Program-made: the position numbers and the translations under genes | Notes under the pieces: model-generated | Database searches by the model: none | What the model saw: only the letters and a program-made list of their open reading frames with translations | What the model was told of the DNA's origin: nothing | Assembly: GCA_047602405.1 (NCBI GenBank) | Contig: JASGHJ010000002.1 | Location: forward strand, 512,001-576,000 | DNA length: 64,000 nucleotides | Source of the DNA: Anaeromyxobacteraceae bacterium | Lineage (GTDB): Bacteria > Myxococcota > Myxococcia > Myxococcales > Anaeromyxobacteraceae | Direction: 5' to 3' | In this document: positions 50,167 to 60,278 of the stretch, in pieces | Numbering within the stretch: the stretch's first letter is position 1 | Layout: every line of letters starts with the position of its first letter

Positions 50167-51165
50167 ATGCAAGAGGACGCCTCGCAAAGGCCCCCGGGGC
50201 GCCGCTACCTGCTCGTCTCGCCGTGCCGCGACGAGGCCGGGTACATCCGGCGCACCCTCGACAGCGTGGCCGCGCAGACCCTCACCCCGGCGCTCTGGAT
50301 CGTGGTGGACGACGGCTCCACCGACGAGACGCCGGCGATCCTCGCCGAGTACGCGGCCCGCCTCCCCTGGCTGAAGATCGTGCGCCGCGCCGACCGCGGC
50401 AAGCGCAAGGTCGGGCCGGGCGTCATCGAGGCCTTCTACGCCGGGCTCGAGGGCGTGCGGCTCGAGGACTACGACTACGTCTGCAAGCTCGACATGGACC
50501 TCGACCTGCCGAAGGGCTACTTCGAGGGGCTCGTCCTGCGCATGGAGGCCGAGCCGCGGCTCGGCACGACCTCCGGCAAGCCCTGGTTCGTGCACCCGAA
50601 GACGGGCGCGCTCGAGCCCGAGGTCGCCGGCGACGAGATGTCGGTCGGCATGACGAAGTTCTACCGGGTCCGGTGCTTCCAGGAGATCGGCGGCTTCGTC
50701 CGCCAGGTCATGTGGGACGGCATCGACTGCCACCGCTGCCGGATGCTCGGCTGGCTCGCCGAGAGCGTGAACGACGAGGCCCTGCGCTTCGTGCACCTGC
50801 GCCCGCAGGGCGCGAGCCACAAGGGCATCTGGACCGGCCGCCAGCGCGCCGGCTTCGGGCAGTGGTTCATGGGCACCTCGCCGCTCTACTACCTCGCGGT
50901 GGCCGTGTTCCGGCTCCCCAAGCACCCGGTCGTCATCGGCAGCCTCGCCCAGCTCTGGGGGTACGTGAAGAGCTGGCTCACGGGCGCGCCGCGCTACGAG
51001 GACGTCGAGTTCCGCAGGTTCGTGCGCCGCTACCAGCACCTCGCCCTCGTGATGGGCAAGGGCAAGGCGACGCGCAAGGTGGACGCCGAGCAGGCGGCGG
51101 TCTGGGAGGCGCGCCACGCGCCCGGGACCTTCTCGAAGCGCGCCGGAGGGGCGAGTGCAGCCTGA
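50167..51165 (+). CDS. Glycosyltransferase family 2
   Basis: SPCRDE, VVDDGSTD, KLDMD. Confidence 0.9.
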   Translation: MQEDASQRPPGRRYLLVSPCRDEAGYIRRTLDSVAAQTLTPALWIVVDDGSTDETPAILAEYAARLPWLKIVRRADRGKRKVGPGVIEAFYAGLEGVRLEDYDYVCKLDMDLDLPKGYFEGLVLRMEAEPRLGTTSGKPWFVHPKTGALEPEVAGDEMSVGMTKFYRVRCFQEIGGFVRQVMWDGIDCHRCRMLGWLAESVNDEALRFVHLRPQGASHKGIWTGRQRAGFGQWFMGTSPLYYLAVAVFRLPKHPVVIGSLAQLWGYVKSWLTGAPRYEDVEFRRFVRRYQHLALVMGKGKATRKVDAEQAAVWEARHAPGTFSKRAGGASAA

Positions 51166-51961
51166 CGTGACGAAGCGGGTCGAGCTCATGGGGCTCGGCT
51201 TCGATCCGGTCCGCATGGACGAGGCGGTGCGCACCTGCGTCGCGTGGTGCGAGGGGCCGCGGCAGCCGCGGTCGGTCATCACCGCGAACGCCAGCATCCT
51301 CTGCATGATGCGGCGCGATCCCGAGCTCGCCGCCGCCTGCCGGGCGGGGGATCTCAACCTCGCCGACGGCATGTCCGCGGTCTGGGCGCTCGGGGCGAAG
51401 GGCACCCCGGTGCCGGAGCGCGTCGCGGGCGTCGACCTCATGGCGCGGCTCCTCAAGGAGGCCGGGCGCCGGAGGCTCCGGGTCTTCTACCTCGGCGCGA
51501 AGGAGGAGATCGTCTCCACCCTCGCCCGCACCTCCGCCGAGAAGTACCCGGGGCTCGTCGTCGCCGGGTACCGCAACGGCTACTTCAAGCCGGAGGACCA
51601 CCCGGCCCTCGTGGAGGCCATCCGCGAGGCGCGGCCGCACATGCTCTTCGTGGGCATGCCGAGCCCGTTCAAGGAGAACTTCCTCGAGCGGCACCGGGCA
51701 CGCCTCGACGTGCCGGTGCTGATGGGCGTCGGCGGCAGCTTCGACGTGCTCGCGGGCCACATCTCCCGGGCCCCGGTCTTCATGCGGAAGATCGGGATGG
51801 AGTGGGCCTGGCGGCTCCTGATGGAGCCCCGCAAGATGTGGAAGCGGTACCTCACCACCAACAGCGAGTTCGTGTGGGTCGCCGGGCGCGAGGCCCTGGC
51901 GCACCGGCTCGGGCTCGGCGGGCGCTCGAAGCAGCCGCCCGCGGGAGCCCCCACGCCGTGA
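51155..51961 (+). CDS. WecG/TagA/CpsF family glycosyltransferase (GT26)
   Basis: ADGMS, ERVAGVDL, VGMPSPFKE, MGVGGSFD, GMEWAWRL.MEPR..KRY. Confidence 0.93.
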   Translation: MQPDVTKRVELMGLGFDPVRMDEAVRTCVAWCEGPRQPRSVITANASILCMMRRDPELAAACRAGDLNLADGMSAVWALGAKGTPVPERVAGVDLMARLLKEAGRRRLRVFYLGAKEEIVSTLARTSAEKYPGLVVAGYRNGYFKPEDHPALVEAIREARPHMLFVGMPSPFKENFLERHRARLDVPVLMGVGGSFDVLAGHISRAPVFMRKIGMEWAWRLLMEPRKMWKRYLTTNSEFVWVAGREALAHRLGLGGRSKQPPAGAPTP

Positions 51962-53115
51962 CGAACCCCAGGAACGTCGTCGTCTTCATGGGCACCCGCC
52001 CGGAGGCGATCAAGCTCGCCCCGGTCGTCGCCGCGCTGCGCGCCGCCCCGGACGTCCGCTGCACCGTGGTCGCCACGGGCCAGCACAAGGAGATGTTCCG
52101 GCAGGTCGCCGAGACCTTCGGGATGGGCGTCGACGCCGACCTCGACGTCATGCGCCCGAACCAGACCCTCGCCGGCCTCACCGCGCGGCTCATGGAGGGG
52201 ATCGACGGCTGGCTCGAGAAGGGCGGCTTCGACCTCGCCATCGTCCAGGGCGACACCACCACCGTCCTCGTCGCGGCGCTCGCCTGCTTCTACCGGCGGA
52301 TCCCCATCGGCCACGTCGAGGCGGGCCTGAGGACCGGCAACATCTGGTCGCCGTTCCCCGAGGAGGTCAACCGCAAGCTCGCGACGCCCATCGTCTCCCT
52401 GCACTGGGCGCCCACCACCTCCGCGCGCGACGCGCTCCTGCGCGAGGGCGTGGACCCGAAGACCATCACCGTCACCGGCAACACCGTGATCGACGCCCTC
52501 CTCATGGAGGTCGGCCGCCAGAAGGCGGAGCCGGCGCTGCGCGCCGGGATCGACGCCGAGCTCTCCGCGCTCCTCGGCCCGGGCTGGGACCGCGGCCCCT
52601 ACGTGCTCGTCACCGGCCACCGCCGCGAGAACTTCGGCGACGGCATCGCGCAGATCTGCGAGGCCATCGCCACGCTCGGCAAGCGCTTCCCGGATCACCG
52701 CTTCGTCTACCCGGTGCACCTCAACCCGAACGTGTCGGTGCACGTGAACCGGCTGCTCGGCGGCGTGCCGAACGTGAAGCTCATCCCGCCGCAGGGCTAC
52801 CGGAACTTCGTGGCGCTCCTCGCCCACTCCCGCCTCGTCCTCACCGACTCCGGCGGCGTGCAGGAGGAGGCCCCCTCGCTCGGGAAGCCCGTGCTCGTCA
52901 TGCGCGACACCACCGAGCGCCCCGAGGGCGTCGAGGCGGGCACCGCGCTCCTCACCGGCCCGAAGGCCGAGGCCATCGTCTCGCACGCGACCCGGCTCCT
53001 CTCGGATCCGGCCGCCCACGAGGCCATGGCGCGCGCGCGGAACCCGTACGGCGACGGCAAGGCCGCCGGGCGGATCCTCGAGTCCCTGCGGGCGTTCCTC
53101 GCGGCGCGCGGGTAG
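51958..53115 (+). CDS. wecB: UDP-N-acetylglucosamine 2-epimerase (non-hydrolysing)
   Basis: GTRPEAIK, TGQH, QGDTTT, HVEAGLR, HRREN, TDSGGVQEEAP, NPYGDG. Confidence 0.96.
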   Translation: MTNPRNVVVFMGTRPEAIKLAPVVAALRAAPDVRCTVVATGQHKEMFRQVAETFGMGVDADLDVMRPNQTLAGLTARLMEGIDGWLEKGGFDLAIVQGDTTTVLVAALACFYRRIPIGHVEAGLRTGNIWSPFPEEVNRKLATPIVSLHWAPTTSARDALLREGVDPKTITVTGNTVIDALLMEVGRQKAEPALRAGIDAELSALLGPGWDRGPYVLVTGHRRENFGDGIAQICEAIATLGKRFPDHRFVYPVHLNPNVSVHVNRLLGGVPNVKLIPPQGYRNFVALLAHSRLVLTDSGGVQEEAPSLGKPVLVMRDTTERPEGVEAGTALLTGPKAEAIVSHATRLLSDPAAHEAMARARNPYGDGKAAGRILESLRAFLAARG

Positions 53116-53145
53116 GCCGCCGCCGCGCCGCCGACGGGGCTCCGG

Positions 53146-55092
53146 CTACAGCCGGACCCCGTTGCGCTCGCACCAGCGCACGAGCACGTAGAGCGCCCAG
53201 ATGCGGCTCCAGTAGAGCCCGGCGCCGCCCTCGAGGAAGCCCTTCCAGAGCCTCCCCACGACGTCCGGCGAGAGGCCGGCGGCCTTCACGAGGGCGGGGT
53301 CGCGCAGCGTCGCGTCGACCGAGTCCCTCAGTCCGCGGCGGATCCACCGATCGAAGGGCAGCACGAAGCCGGACTTCGGGCGCTCGAAGATGGCGGGGTC
53401 GAGCCCCTTCAGGCCCACCCGCCGCAGGATCGACTTCTTGCCCACCGGGTCGTAGCGGAGGGCGTCCGGGAGCCGGTCCACCGCCTCGAAGAGCGCCTGG
53501 TCGACGAGCGGGACGCGCTGCTCGAGGGAGACCGCCATCGAGGCGACGTCGTTGTCGCGCAGCAGGCGCTCCGCGAGGAAGAGCCGCTGCTCGAGCACCG
53601 AGATGGTCGAGAGCGGGGAGCGGCCGCGGGTCTCCTGCGCGAGGCGCGCGTGCATCGCGCGCGGGAGCCCGTCCTCGAGCGCGCCCGCGAGGCCCGGGGC
53701 GAGGAGGTCCTGCTGGAACGAAGGGAGGTAGAGCGCGTAGGCGAACTGGTACAGGGCGGTGAGGTCGTCGCCGCGCTCGACCATGTCGGGCAGCTTCGCC
53801 CAGCGGGTCTGCGGAGGGATCCCACCCTGCGACGGCGAGCGCAGCGCCGCCGCGGCGACCGAGGCGCCCGCGGTGAGCACCTTGCGGGGCAACCAGCGGG
53901 TGGCGCGGGCGAAGCGGTGGAGCACCGGCAGGTCGCGAAACGACGAGTAGCCGCCGAAGAGCTCGTCGCCGCCCGTGCCCGCGACGGCGACGGTGAAGCC
54001 GGCGTGGCGGATGGCGCGCGAGAGCACGAAGGCGTTGATGGCGTCGAAGGTCGGCTGGTCGATGCCGTCGATGGCGGCGTCGAGCTCTCCGCGGAAGCCG
54101 TCCTCGGTGAGGACGATCTCCCGGTGCTCGGTGCCGATCGCGGCCGCGATCCGGCGCGCGATCGGGCCCTCGTTGAGCTCCTGCTCCTCGAAGGCGAGGG
54201 TGAAGGTGTGCACCGGCATCGGCGACACCTTCCTCGCGATGTTCGCGACGGCGGACGAGTCCACGCCGCCGGAGAGGAAGACCGCGAGCGGCACGTCGGA
54301 GGCGAGGTGCAGGCGCACGCTCTCCTCGACGAGCTCGCCGAGGCGCGCCTCGGTCATGTCGGCGGCGGGCGGGCGCTCCGGGATGCGCCAGAAGTCCTCC
54401 GCCCACACCTCCGCGCCCCGGGCGTCCACCTCGACCGCGCGGCCGGGCCAGAGCATCTCGACGCCCTCGACGGCGGTGCCCGGGCCGACCACGTAGCCGT
54501 TCCACACCACCGAGGCGACGGCCGCGGGCGAGAGGCGCGGCGTGCCGAGCAGGCCCGACGCGACGAGCGCGCGCACCTCGGAGGCGAACGCGAGGGACCA
54601 GCCGGCGGCCTCGGGGTCGGCGGGGCGCGCGACGTAGAGCGGCTTGATGCCGAGGGGGTCGCGGGCGAGGAGGAGCCGGCGGGTCTTCGGGTTCCAGCGG
54701 GCCACGGCGAACATCCCACGCAGCCAGCGGAGCGCGTCCGGACCGTGAAGGCCGAGCGCGCGCAGCATGACCTGGGAGTCGCCGCTCGACTCGAACCGCT
54801 GGCCGGCGGCGGTGAGGCGGTCGCGCAGCGCGACGTAGTTGTAGATCTCGCCGTTGAAGACCATCGTCTCGCCGGTGACCGCGTCGGTCATCGGCTGCGC
54901 GCCGGCGGGCGAGAGGTCGAGGATGGCGAGGCGGCGGTGGGCGAGGATGGCGCCCCAGCCCCGCGCGTCCGGCGTGGTCTCCCAGACCCCCTCGCCGTCG
55001 GGCCCGCGGTGCTTCAGGGCGCCGTGCATGCGCGCCAGCGCCTCACGGTTGCGCTGGTCGAGCCTGCCCACGATGCCGGAGATTCCACACAT
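53146..55092 (-). CDS. asnB: Asparagine synthase-like glutamine amidotransferase
   Basis: N-terminal MCGI, HRGPD, HRRLAILD, FNGEIYN, LSGGVDSS, GTGGDELFGGY. Confidence 0.93.
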   Translation of the reverse strand: MCGISGIVGRLDQRNREALARMHGALKHRGPDGEGVWETTPDARGWGAILAHRRLAILDLSPAGAQPMTDAVTGETMVFNGEIYNYVALRDRLTAAGQRFESSGDSQVMLRALGLHGPDALRWLRGMFAVARWNPKTRRLLLARDPLGIKPLYVARPADPEAAGWSLAFASEVRALVASGLLGTPRLSPAAVASVVWNGYVVGPGTAVEGVEMLWPGRAVEVDARGAEVWAEDFWRIPERPPAADMTEARLGELVEESVRLHLASDVPLAVFLSGGVDSSAVANIARKVSPMPVHTFTLAFEEQELNEGPIARRIAAAIGTEHREIVLTEDGFRGELDAAIDGIDQPTFDAINAFVLSRAIRHAGFTVAVAGTGGDELFGGYSSFRDLPVLHRFARATRWLPRKVLTAGASVAAAALRSPSQGGIPPQTRWAKLPDMVERGDDLTALYQFAYALYLPSFQQDLLAPGLAGALEDGLPRAMHARLAQETRGRSPLSTISVLEQRLFLAERLLRDNDVASMAVSLEQRVPLVDQALFEAVDRLPDALRYDPVGKKSILRRVGLKGLDPAIFERPKSGFVLPFDRWIRRGLRDSVDATLRDPALVKAAGLSPDVVGRLWKGFLEGGAGLYWSRIWALYVLVRWCERNGVRL

Positions 55093-55266
55093 CTCGCACC
55101 CGCCGTATTGGTGAGTGAAAACGGTAGCACGCAACGGTACACACCCGTTGTACCGCCCTCATGGACGGGCCCCCGGGCGGGCCTCCTCCCCTCACTCGCC
55201 GTGTCGCTTGCCCCCGGGATGGCCCCCGCGGGCCCCATACCGCAGGATGTGCGCCCCCAACCGACG

Positions 55267-56539
55267 ATGAACGACCGCCTCTCGATCCTGCACGTCTCGA
55301 TGATGCCCTCGAGCCCGCCGCGCTTCGGCGCCCAGGCGCGCATGCACGGGCTGCTCGTCGAGCTCGCGAAGCGCCACGACGTGACCGCGCTCGCCCTCCA
55401 CGACGACGGCTTCGACGTGGAGGAGGCCCGCCAGGCGATGGGCGCCTACTGCCGCGAGGTGGTGCTCGTCCCGAACCCGAACGGCCAGGCCGGCCTCGTG
55501 AAGCGCACCCTGCAGCTCCGCTCGATCGCCTCCCCGCGGAGCTACGAGCGGCTGCGGCACGAGATCCCGGGCCTGCAGGCGGTCATCGACCGGCTCATGA
55601 CGGCCACCCGGTTCGACGTCGTGAACCTCGAGTTCCCGTACCTCGCCCACTACGACTACCGCCGCGCGCCGCCGGGGGCGCCGTTCCCGCCGACCGTGGT
55701 GGACGCCCACGACATCGCCTGGGACATCGTCCGCCAGGTGTCGGTGAACCCGAAGGTGAGCCGGGGCCGGCGCCTGTACGCGCGGCTCAACTGGCCGAAG
55801 CTCAGGCGGGAGGAGACCGAGGTCTTCCGCGCCGCCGACGCGACGGCGGTCTGCAGCGACCTCGACGGCGCGCGGCTGCTCGCCGACGTGCCCGGGGCGC
55901 GCGTGAAGGTGATCCCCAACGCGGCGGACGTCGAGTTCTACCGGCCCCGGCCCGAGGACCCTCCACCCGACGGGCGGACGGTGCTCTTCTTCGGGCTCCT
56001 CTCCACGATGCCCAACATGGACGGCATCGCCCACTTCGTGCAGGACATCTGGCCGCACGTGCTCGCCCGCCGCCCCGACGCCCGCTTCAAGATCGTGGGC
56101 AAGAGCCCGCCGCCCCAGGTCGCGGCGCTCGCGGGGCCGTCCATCGAGCTCACCGGCTTCGTGGACGACCTGCGCCCGCACCTCTCCGCCGCGTCCGCCA
56201 TCGTGGTCCCGCTCCGCATGGGGAGCGGCACGCGGCTCAAGAATCCTCGAGGCGATGGCGCAGGGGAAGGGCATCGTCTCGACGCGCCTCGGGGCCGAGG
56301 GCATCGACGTCGAGCCGGGCCGCCACCTGCTCGTGGAGGACGCCCCCGAGGCGTTCGCGGGCGAGGTGGTGCGGCTCCTCGACGACCCCGCCCTCGGCGC
56401 GCGGCTCGGCGCGGCCGCCCGCACGCTCGCGGTCGAGCGGTACGCGTGGGGCGCCGCGGCGCAGGCGCTCGAGGGGCTCTACCGCGAGGTCATCCTCGCG
56501 CGGCGGGACGGCGTGAACGGAAAGGGTGGGAGATCGTGA
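55267..56539 (+). CDS. Glycosyltransferase family 4; apparent frameshift at 56241-56245
   Basis: VIPNAAD, TGFVDDLRP; removing one A restores GSGTRLKILEAMAQGKGIVST..GAEG. Confidence 0.88.
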
Positions 56540-57591
56540 AGGCAGCCCTCATCGGCGCGGGACAGATCGCGCGCCAGCACCTCGCGTGCCTGCAGACGCT
56601 CCCGGGCGTCGAGGTCGCGGGCGTGTGCGACCTCTCGCCGGCGGTGGCGGAGGCCGCGGCCGAGCGCTACGGCGTCGGCCGCTGGTTCACCGACCACCGC
56701 GAGATGCTCCGCGAGGTGAAGCCGGACGTCGTGCACGTCACGACGCCGCCCACCTCGCACGCGAAGCTCTCGCAGGACGCCATCGACGCCGGCGCGCACG
56801 TGGTCGTCGAGAAGCCGATCACCGCCTCCTGGGCCGAGTACGAGGCGCTCGCGGCGTACGCCGCCGCGAAGGGCCGGGCCCTCGTCGAGGACCACAACTA
56901 CGTCTTCAACTCCGCGCCGCAGGAGATCCTGCGCCGGGTCGAGTCCGGCGAGCTCGGCAAGGTCGTCCACGTGGACGTCCTCATCTGCCTCGACATCCTC
57001 GGGCCGGACGGCTTCGCCGACCCGAACGTGAAGAACCCGATCCTGGCCGTCCCGGGCGGCGCCATCGCGGACTTCCTGCCCCACCTCGCCTCGCTCGCGC
57101 ACGCCTTCATCGGCGGGCACACCGAGGCGCACGGCCTCTGGGGCAAGCGCCGCCCCGGCGTGCTGCCCTTCGACGAGTTCCACGGGGTGGTGCAGGGCGA
57201 GCGCGGCACCGCGACGCTGGGCTTCTCGTCCACCTCCCAGCCCGACGGCTTCTGGCTGCGCGTCTACGGCGAGAAGCAGCAGGCCACCGCGAACCTGTTC
57301 GAGACCCGGCTCACCTTCACGAAGGTCCGCCCCGGACCGAAGCCCCTCGTGCCGCTCAAGAACGGGCTCGAGGAGGGGAAGGAGACCCGGCGGGCCGCGA
57401 TGAACACGCTGCTCCGCAAGTTCAAGAAGACCCCGGGCGCCTACGAGGGGCTCTGGGAGCTGCTCCGCCGGACCTACGCGGCGCTCCAGGCCGGCGGGAA
57501 GCTGCCGGTGGGCCCCGGGGAGGTCCGGGCGGTGAACGCGCTGGTCGAGGCCTTGAAGCCGCGCCAGGCGGCGGGGGAGGTGCGGTCGTGA
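56536..57591 (+). CDS. Gfo/Idh/MocA family oxidoreductase
   Basis: IGAGQIA, HVTTPP..H, VVVEKP. Confidence 0.9.
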   Translation: MKAALIGAGQIARQHLACLQTLPGVEVAGVCDLSPAVAEAAAERYGVGRWFTDHREMLREVKPDVVHVTTPPTSHAKLSQDAIDAGAHVVVEKPITASWAEYEALAAYAAAKGRALVEDHNYVFNSAPQEILRRVESGELGKVVHVDVLICLDILGPDGFADPNVKNPILAVPGGAIADFLPHLASLAHAFIGGHTEAHGLWGKRRPGVLPFDEFHGVVQGERGTATLGFSSTSQPDGFWLRVYGEKQQATANLFETRLTFTKVRPGPKPLVPLKNGLEEGKETRRAAMNTLLRKFKKTPGAYEGLWELLRRTYAALQAGGKLPVGPGEVRAVNALVEALKPRQAAGEVRS

Positions 57592-58601
57592 GGGCGCTCG
57601 TCACGGGGGCGAACGGGTTCCTGGGCCGGCACGTGGTGGACGCGCTCGTCGCGCGGGGCCACCAGGTGCGCGCGCTCGTGCGCCCGGCGGCGAAGCTCGA
57701 GCCGCTCGGCTGGCCGGCGTCGGTCGAGGTGGTGCGCGCCGACCTGCGCGCCTCGCGCGACCTCGAGCAGGCCTTCGAGGGCGTGGACGTGCTCGTGCAC
57801 CTCGCCGCGGCGGTGACCGGCGGCGAGGACCTGCAGTTCGCGGCCACCGTGTCCGGCACCGAGAAGCTGCTCGCGGCCATGGCGCGGACGTCCTGCCGGC
57901 GCCTCGTGCTCGCGTCCTCGTTCTCGGTCTACGACTGGAGCAACATCCACGGGACGCTCGACGAGACCTCTCCCATCGAGCCCCCGCCCGACCTCTACGA
58001 GCGCGACGGCTACTCGATCGCGAAGTCGTGGCAGGAGCGGGTGACCCGGCGGGCGGCCGAGGCACACGGCTGGGAGCTCACCGTGCTCCGGCCGGGCTTC
58101 ATCTGGGGCCGCGACCACGCCTACCTCGCCGCGCTCGGCCAGCAAATCGGCAAGCTCCACGTGGTCATCGGGCCCACCTCGCACATCCCGATGACCCACG
58201 TCGAGAACTGCGCGGACCTCTTCGCGCTGTGCGCGGAGGACCCCCGCGCCCGCGGGAGGACGCTCAACGTCGTGGACGGCCCCGGCGAGCGGATCTGGAG
58301 CTTCCTCGGCGACTACCTCCGCGGCTCGAAGGAGCGCGGCTTCCGCATCCCGGTGCCGTACTTCCTCGTGTACGCGGTGGTGGCGCTCGCCTACGCCACG
58401 ATCTTCAAGCGCAACCCGAAGCTGCCGCACGTCCTCGTGCCGTGCCGCTTCCAGTCGCGGCTGAAGCCGCTGCGCTACACGAACCGGCTCGCCCAGGAGC
58501 TCCTGGGCTGGCGCCCGCCGCTCTCGCACGCGGAGTGCCTCGAGCGCACGTTCGGCCCCGAGCGGCCGAGGGCGATCGCCGCGCAGGCCCGGGCGGCCTG
58601 A
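57588..58601 (+). CDS. NAD-dependent epimerase/dehydratase
   Basis: VTGANGFLG, HLAA, SSFSVY, YSIAK, LRPG. Confidence 0.9.
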   Translation: MRALVTGANGFLGRHVVDALVARGHQVRALVRPAAKLEPLGWPASVEVVRADLRASRDLEQAFEGVDVLVHLAAAVTGGEDLQFAATVSGTEKLLAAMARTSCRRLVLASSFSVYDWSNIHGTLDETSPIEPPPDLYERDGYSIAKSWQERVTRRAAEAHGWELTVLRPGFIWGRDHAYLAALGQQIGKLHVVIGPTSHIPMTHVENCADLFALCAEDPRARGRTLNVVDGPGERIWSFLGDYLRGSKERGFRIPVPYFLVYAVVALAYATIFKRNPKLPHVLVPCRFQSRLKPLRYTNRLAQELLGWRPPLSHAECLERTFGPERPRAIAAQARAA

Positions 58602-58674
58602 ACCACGGTTCGCGACCCTCGATCAGCTGACGCTGCTCGAGGATCGCGCCGTGGTTCAGGGTCTTCTTCGTCTT
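58598..58674 (+). terminator. Long bulged hairpin with T-rich tail, probable intrinsic terminator
   Basis: CTGAACCACGG...CCGTGGTTCAG outer stem with inner stems, followed by GTCTTCTTCGTCTT. Confidence 0.55.
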
Positions 58675-58792
58675 GGGGGGCTTCGCCCCCCTCCCCGACG
58701 AGCGCGGCTCGTCGGGGCCCCTCCCGGTTCGTGGGGGCCCTGGCGCGCTTCGTCCCTCGCCTCCGGCTCGGGACTCGCGCGCCGCCCCACGG
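58675..58792. repeat. Multi-hairpin REP-like structured element between convergent genes
   Basis: GGGGGGC-ttc-GCCCCCC; CCCCGACGAGC-gcg-GCTCGTCGGGG; nested CGTGGGG/CCCCACG, GGCGCG/CGCGCC, GTCCC/GGGAC. Confidence 0.55.
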
Positions 58793-58829
58793 AGAGGACC
58801 TGTTTCCTCCGGGGCGGTCGCCCCGCGGC

Positions 58830-60267
58830 CTACTTGCGGGTCTCGGCGAGCACCGGCAGCCCGAGGTTGCGCTCGACCTGCCAGCGCTCCTCCACGCGGC
58901 CCCGGTAGACGTCGTAGACGGTGGCGGCGAAGACGGCGCACACCGCCCCGCCGACGATCCCGCCGAGGACCAGGATGAGCCCCATCGGCCGCAGGGGGCC
59001 CTTCGGCATCTGCGGCGGCGAGATCACGCTGTAGCGCTCGCGGAAGGACGCCTGGGCGGTGTCGAGCTCGAATCCGGGCGGCGTCGATGCGCTGCACCAG
59101 CCCGGCGCGGCGGCGCAGCAGCGCCTCGATCTGGCCCCGCTCGTAGTCGAGCCGCGGATCGTCCACCTCGAGGATCCGCGCGCGCGTGGCGTTGAGCTCC
59201 TCCTGGACGTTGCCGGGCGAGGGCAGCGGGGCCGCGCCGCCGGTGGCCGCGGCGCGCTGCGCGAGGAGGGCCTCGAGCTTCTTGATCTCGTCGCGGAGCT
59301 CGTGCACCTGCGGCGACGGCTGGGCGAGGCTCTCGATGGCCTGCCGCGTGCTGACCACGGTGGGGTGCCCCTCGGCGTACTCGCCGCGCTGCTGCTCGAG
59401 CTGGACCTGCAGCTCGCCGAGCCGGCGCTGCCGGAAGCCCTCGAGGTCGTCGAGGGCGCGCCGGCGGGCGACGAGGAGGCCCTCGAGCCGGACGCTCTCC
59501 TCGTCGCGGGCCACGGCGGCCCGGGGCTGGCCGGTGCGGCGCGCCGGGACGGCCGTGCGGCCGCGCAGGCTGCGCTCGCGCTCCTCGAACTGCTGCAGCG
59601 CGGTGGCAATCTCCTTCTCGAGGCGGGCGTCGTGCACCTGCAGGATCGTGATCGCCTCGCCCACGGCGCCGATGTCCGCGGCGTTGCGGGACTCGAGGAA
59701 GCTCTGCACCGCGGCCTGCACCACGTCGAAGGCGATCTGGGGATCGGCCCAGTCGAAGCCGATCGTGACCGTCCCCTCCTGCGTGACGTTCACCCACAGC
59801 CGCTTGTCGAGGGCGAGGGCGAGGTCCTCGGTGATCTGCTCGGTCGTCCGGGCCGTGCCGGAGAGGCGCTCGGAGAGCCAGTCGCGCAGGCGCGACGCCG
59901 GCGAGCGGGTCTCGAGGTAGCGCTCCACGAGGTGCGTCTGGTTCACGAGCGCGACGAGGTTGTCGTGCGCGACGATGACCTCGCGCGCGGCCCGGGTCGG
60001 GACATCGAGCTGCCGGTTCACCTCGGGGTTCGACAGCACCCCCATGATCGAGCCCTTCTGGGCGAGGATCGAGGCGCGGACCTCGTACTTCGCCGGCAGG
60101 ATCCGGGCGAGGACGAGGGCGATCGCGAGGACGCCGAGGTGCACCGCGATCGCCAGGCGGCGGTGGCGGCCGGGGGCGCGGAGCGCGAAGCCGACCCAGT
60201 CGGCGATCGGGCCGAAGACCTCGCCTTGATCGGGGGTGTAGCTGCCGGAGGGGCCGGGGTAGCTCAA
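58830..60267 (-). CDS. Polysaccharide co-polymerase (Wzz/Wzc N-type, no kinase domain), paralog 2; apparent frameshift at 59070-59074
   Basis: GAGGAG RBS with TTG start; PAKYEVRAS, YAEGHP, RYSVISPP..P..P..P, TM2, LGLPVL. Removing one base restores ARIELDTAQ. Confidence 0.82.
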
Positions 60268-60278
60268 GGCAGTGCTCC

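Noticed and set aside
53650..57591. A 1313-aa glycosyltransferase-oxidoreductase fusion suggested by the ORF track
   Set aside because: Produced by the 56241 frameshift; the corrected GT4 stops at 56539 and overlaps the GTG of a separate oxidoreductase.
58598..58659. Integron attC site
   Set aside because: Ends are CCTGAAC/GTTCAGG, not RYYYAAC/GTTRRRY; no integrase or cassette array.
15061..59074. Programmed frameshifting, phase variation or true pseudogenisation of the broken genes
   Set aside because: No slippery heptamers or repeat tracts at the breaks; all share a GATC context and the genes show no other decay. Not formally excluded without reads.
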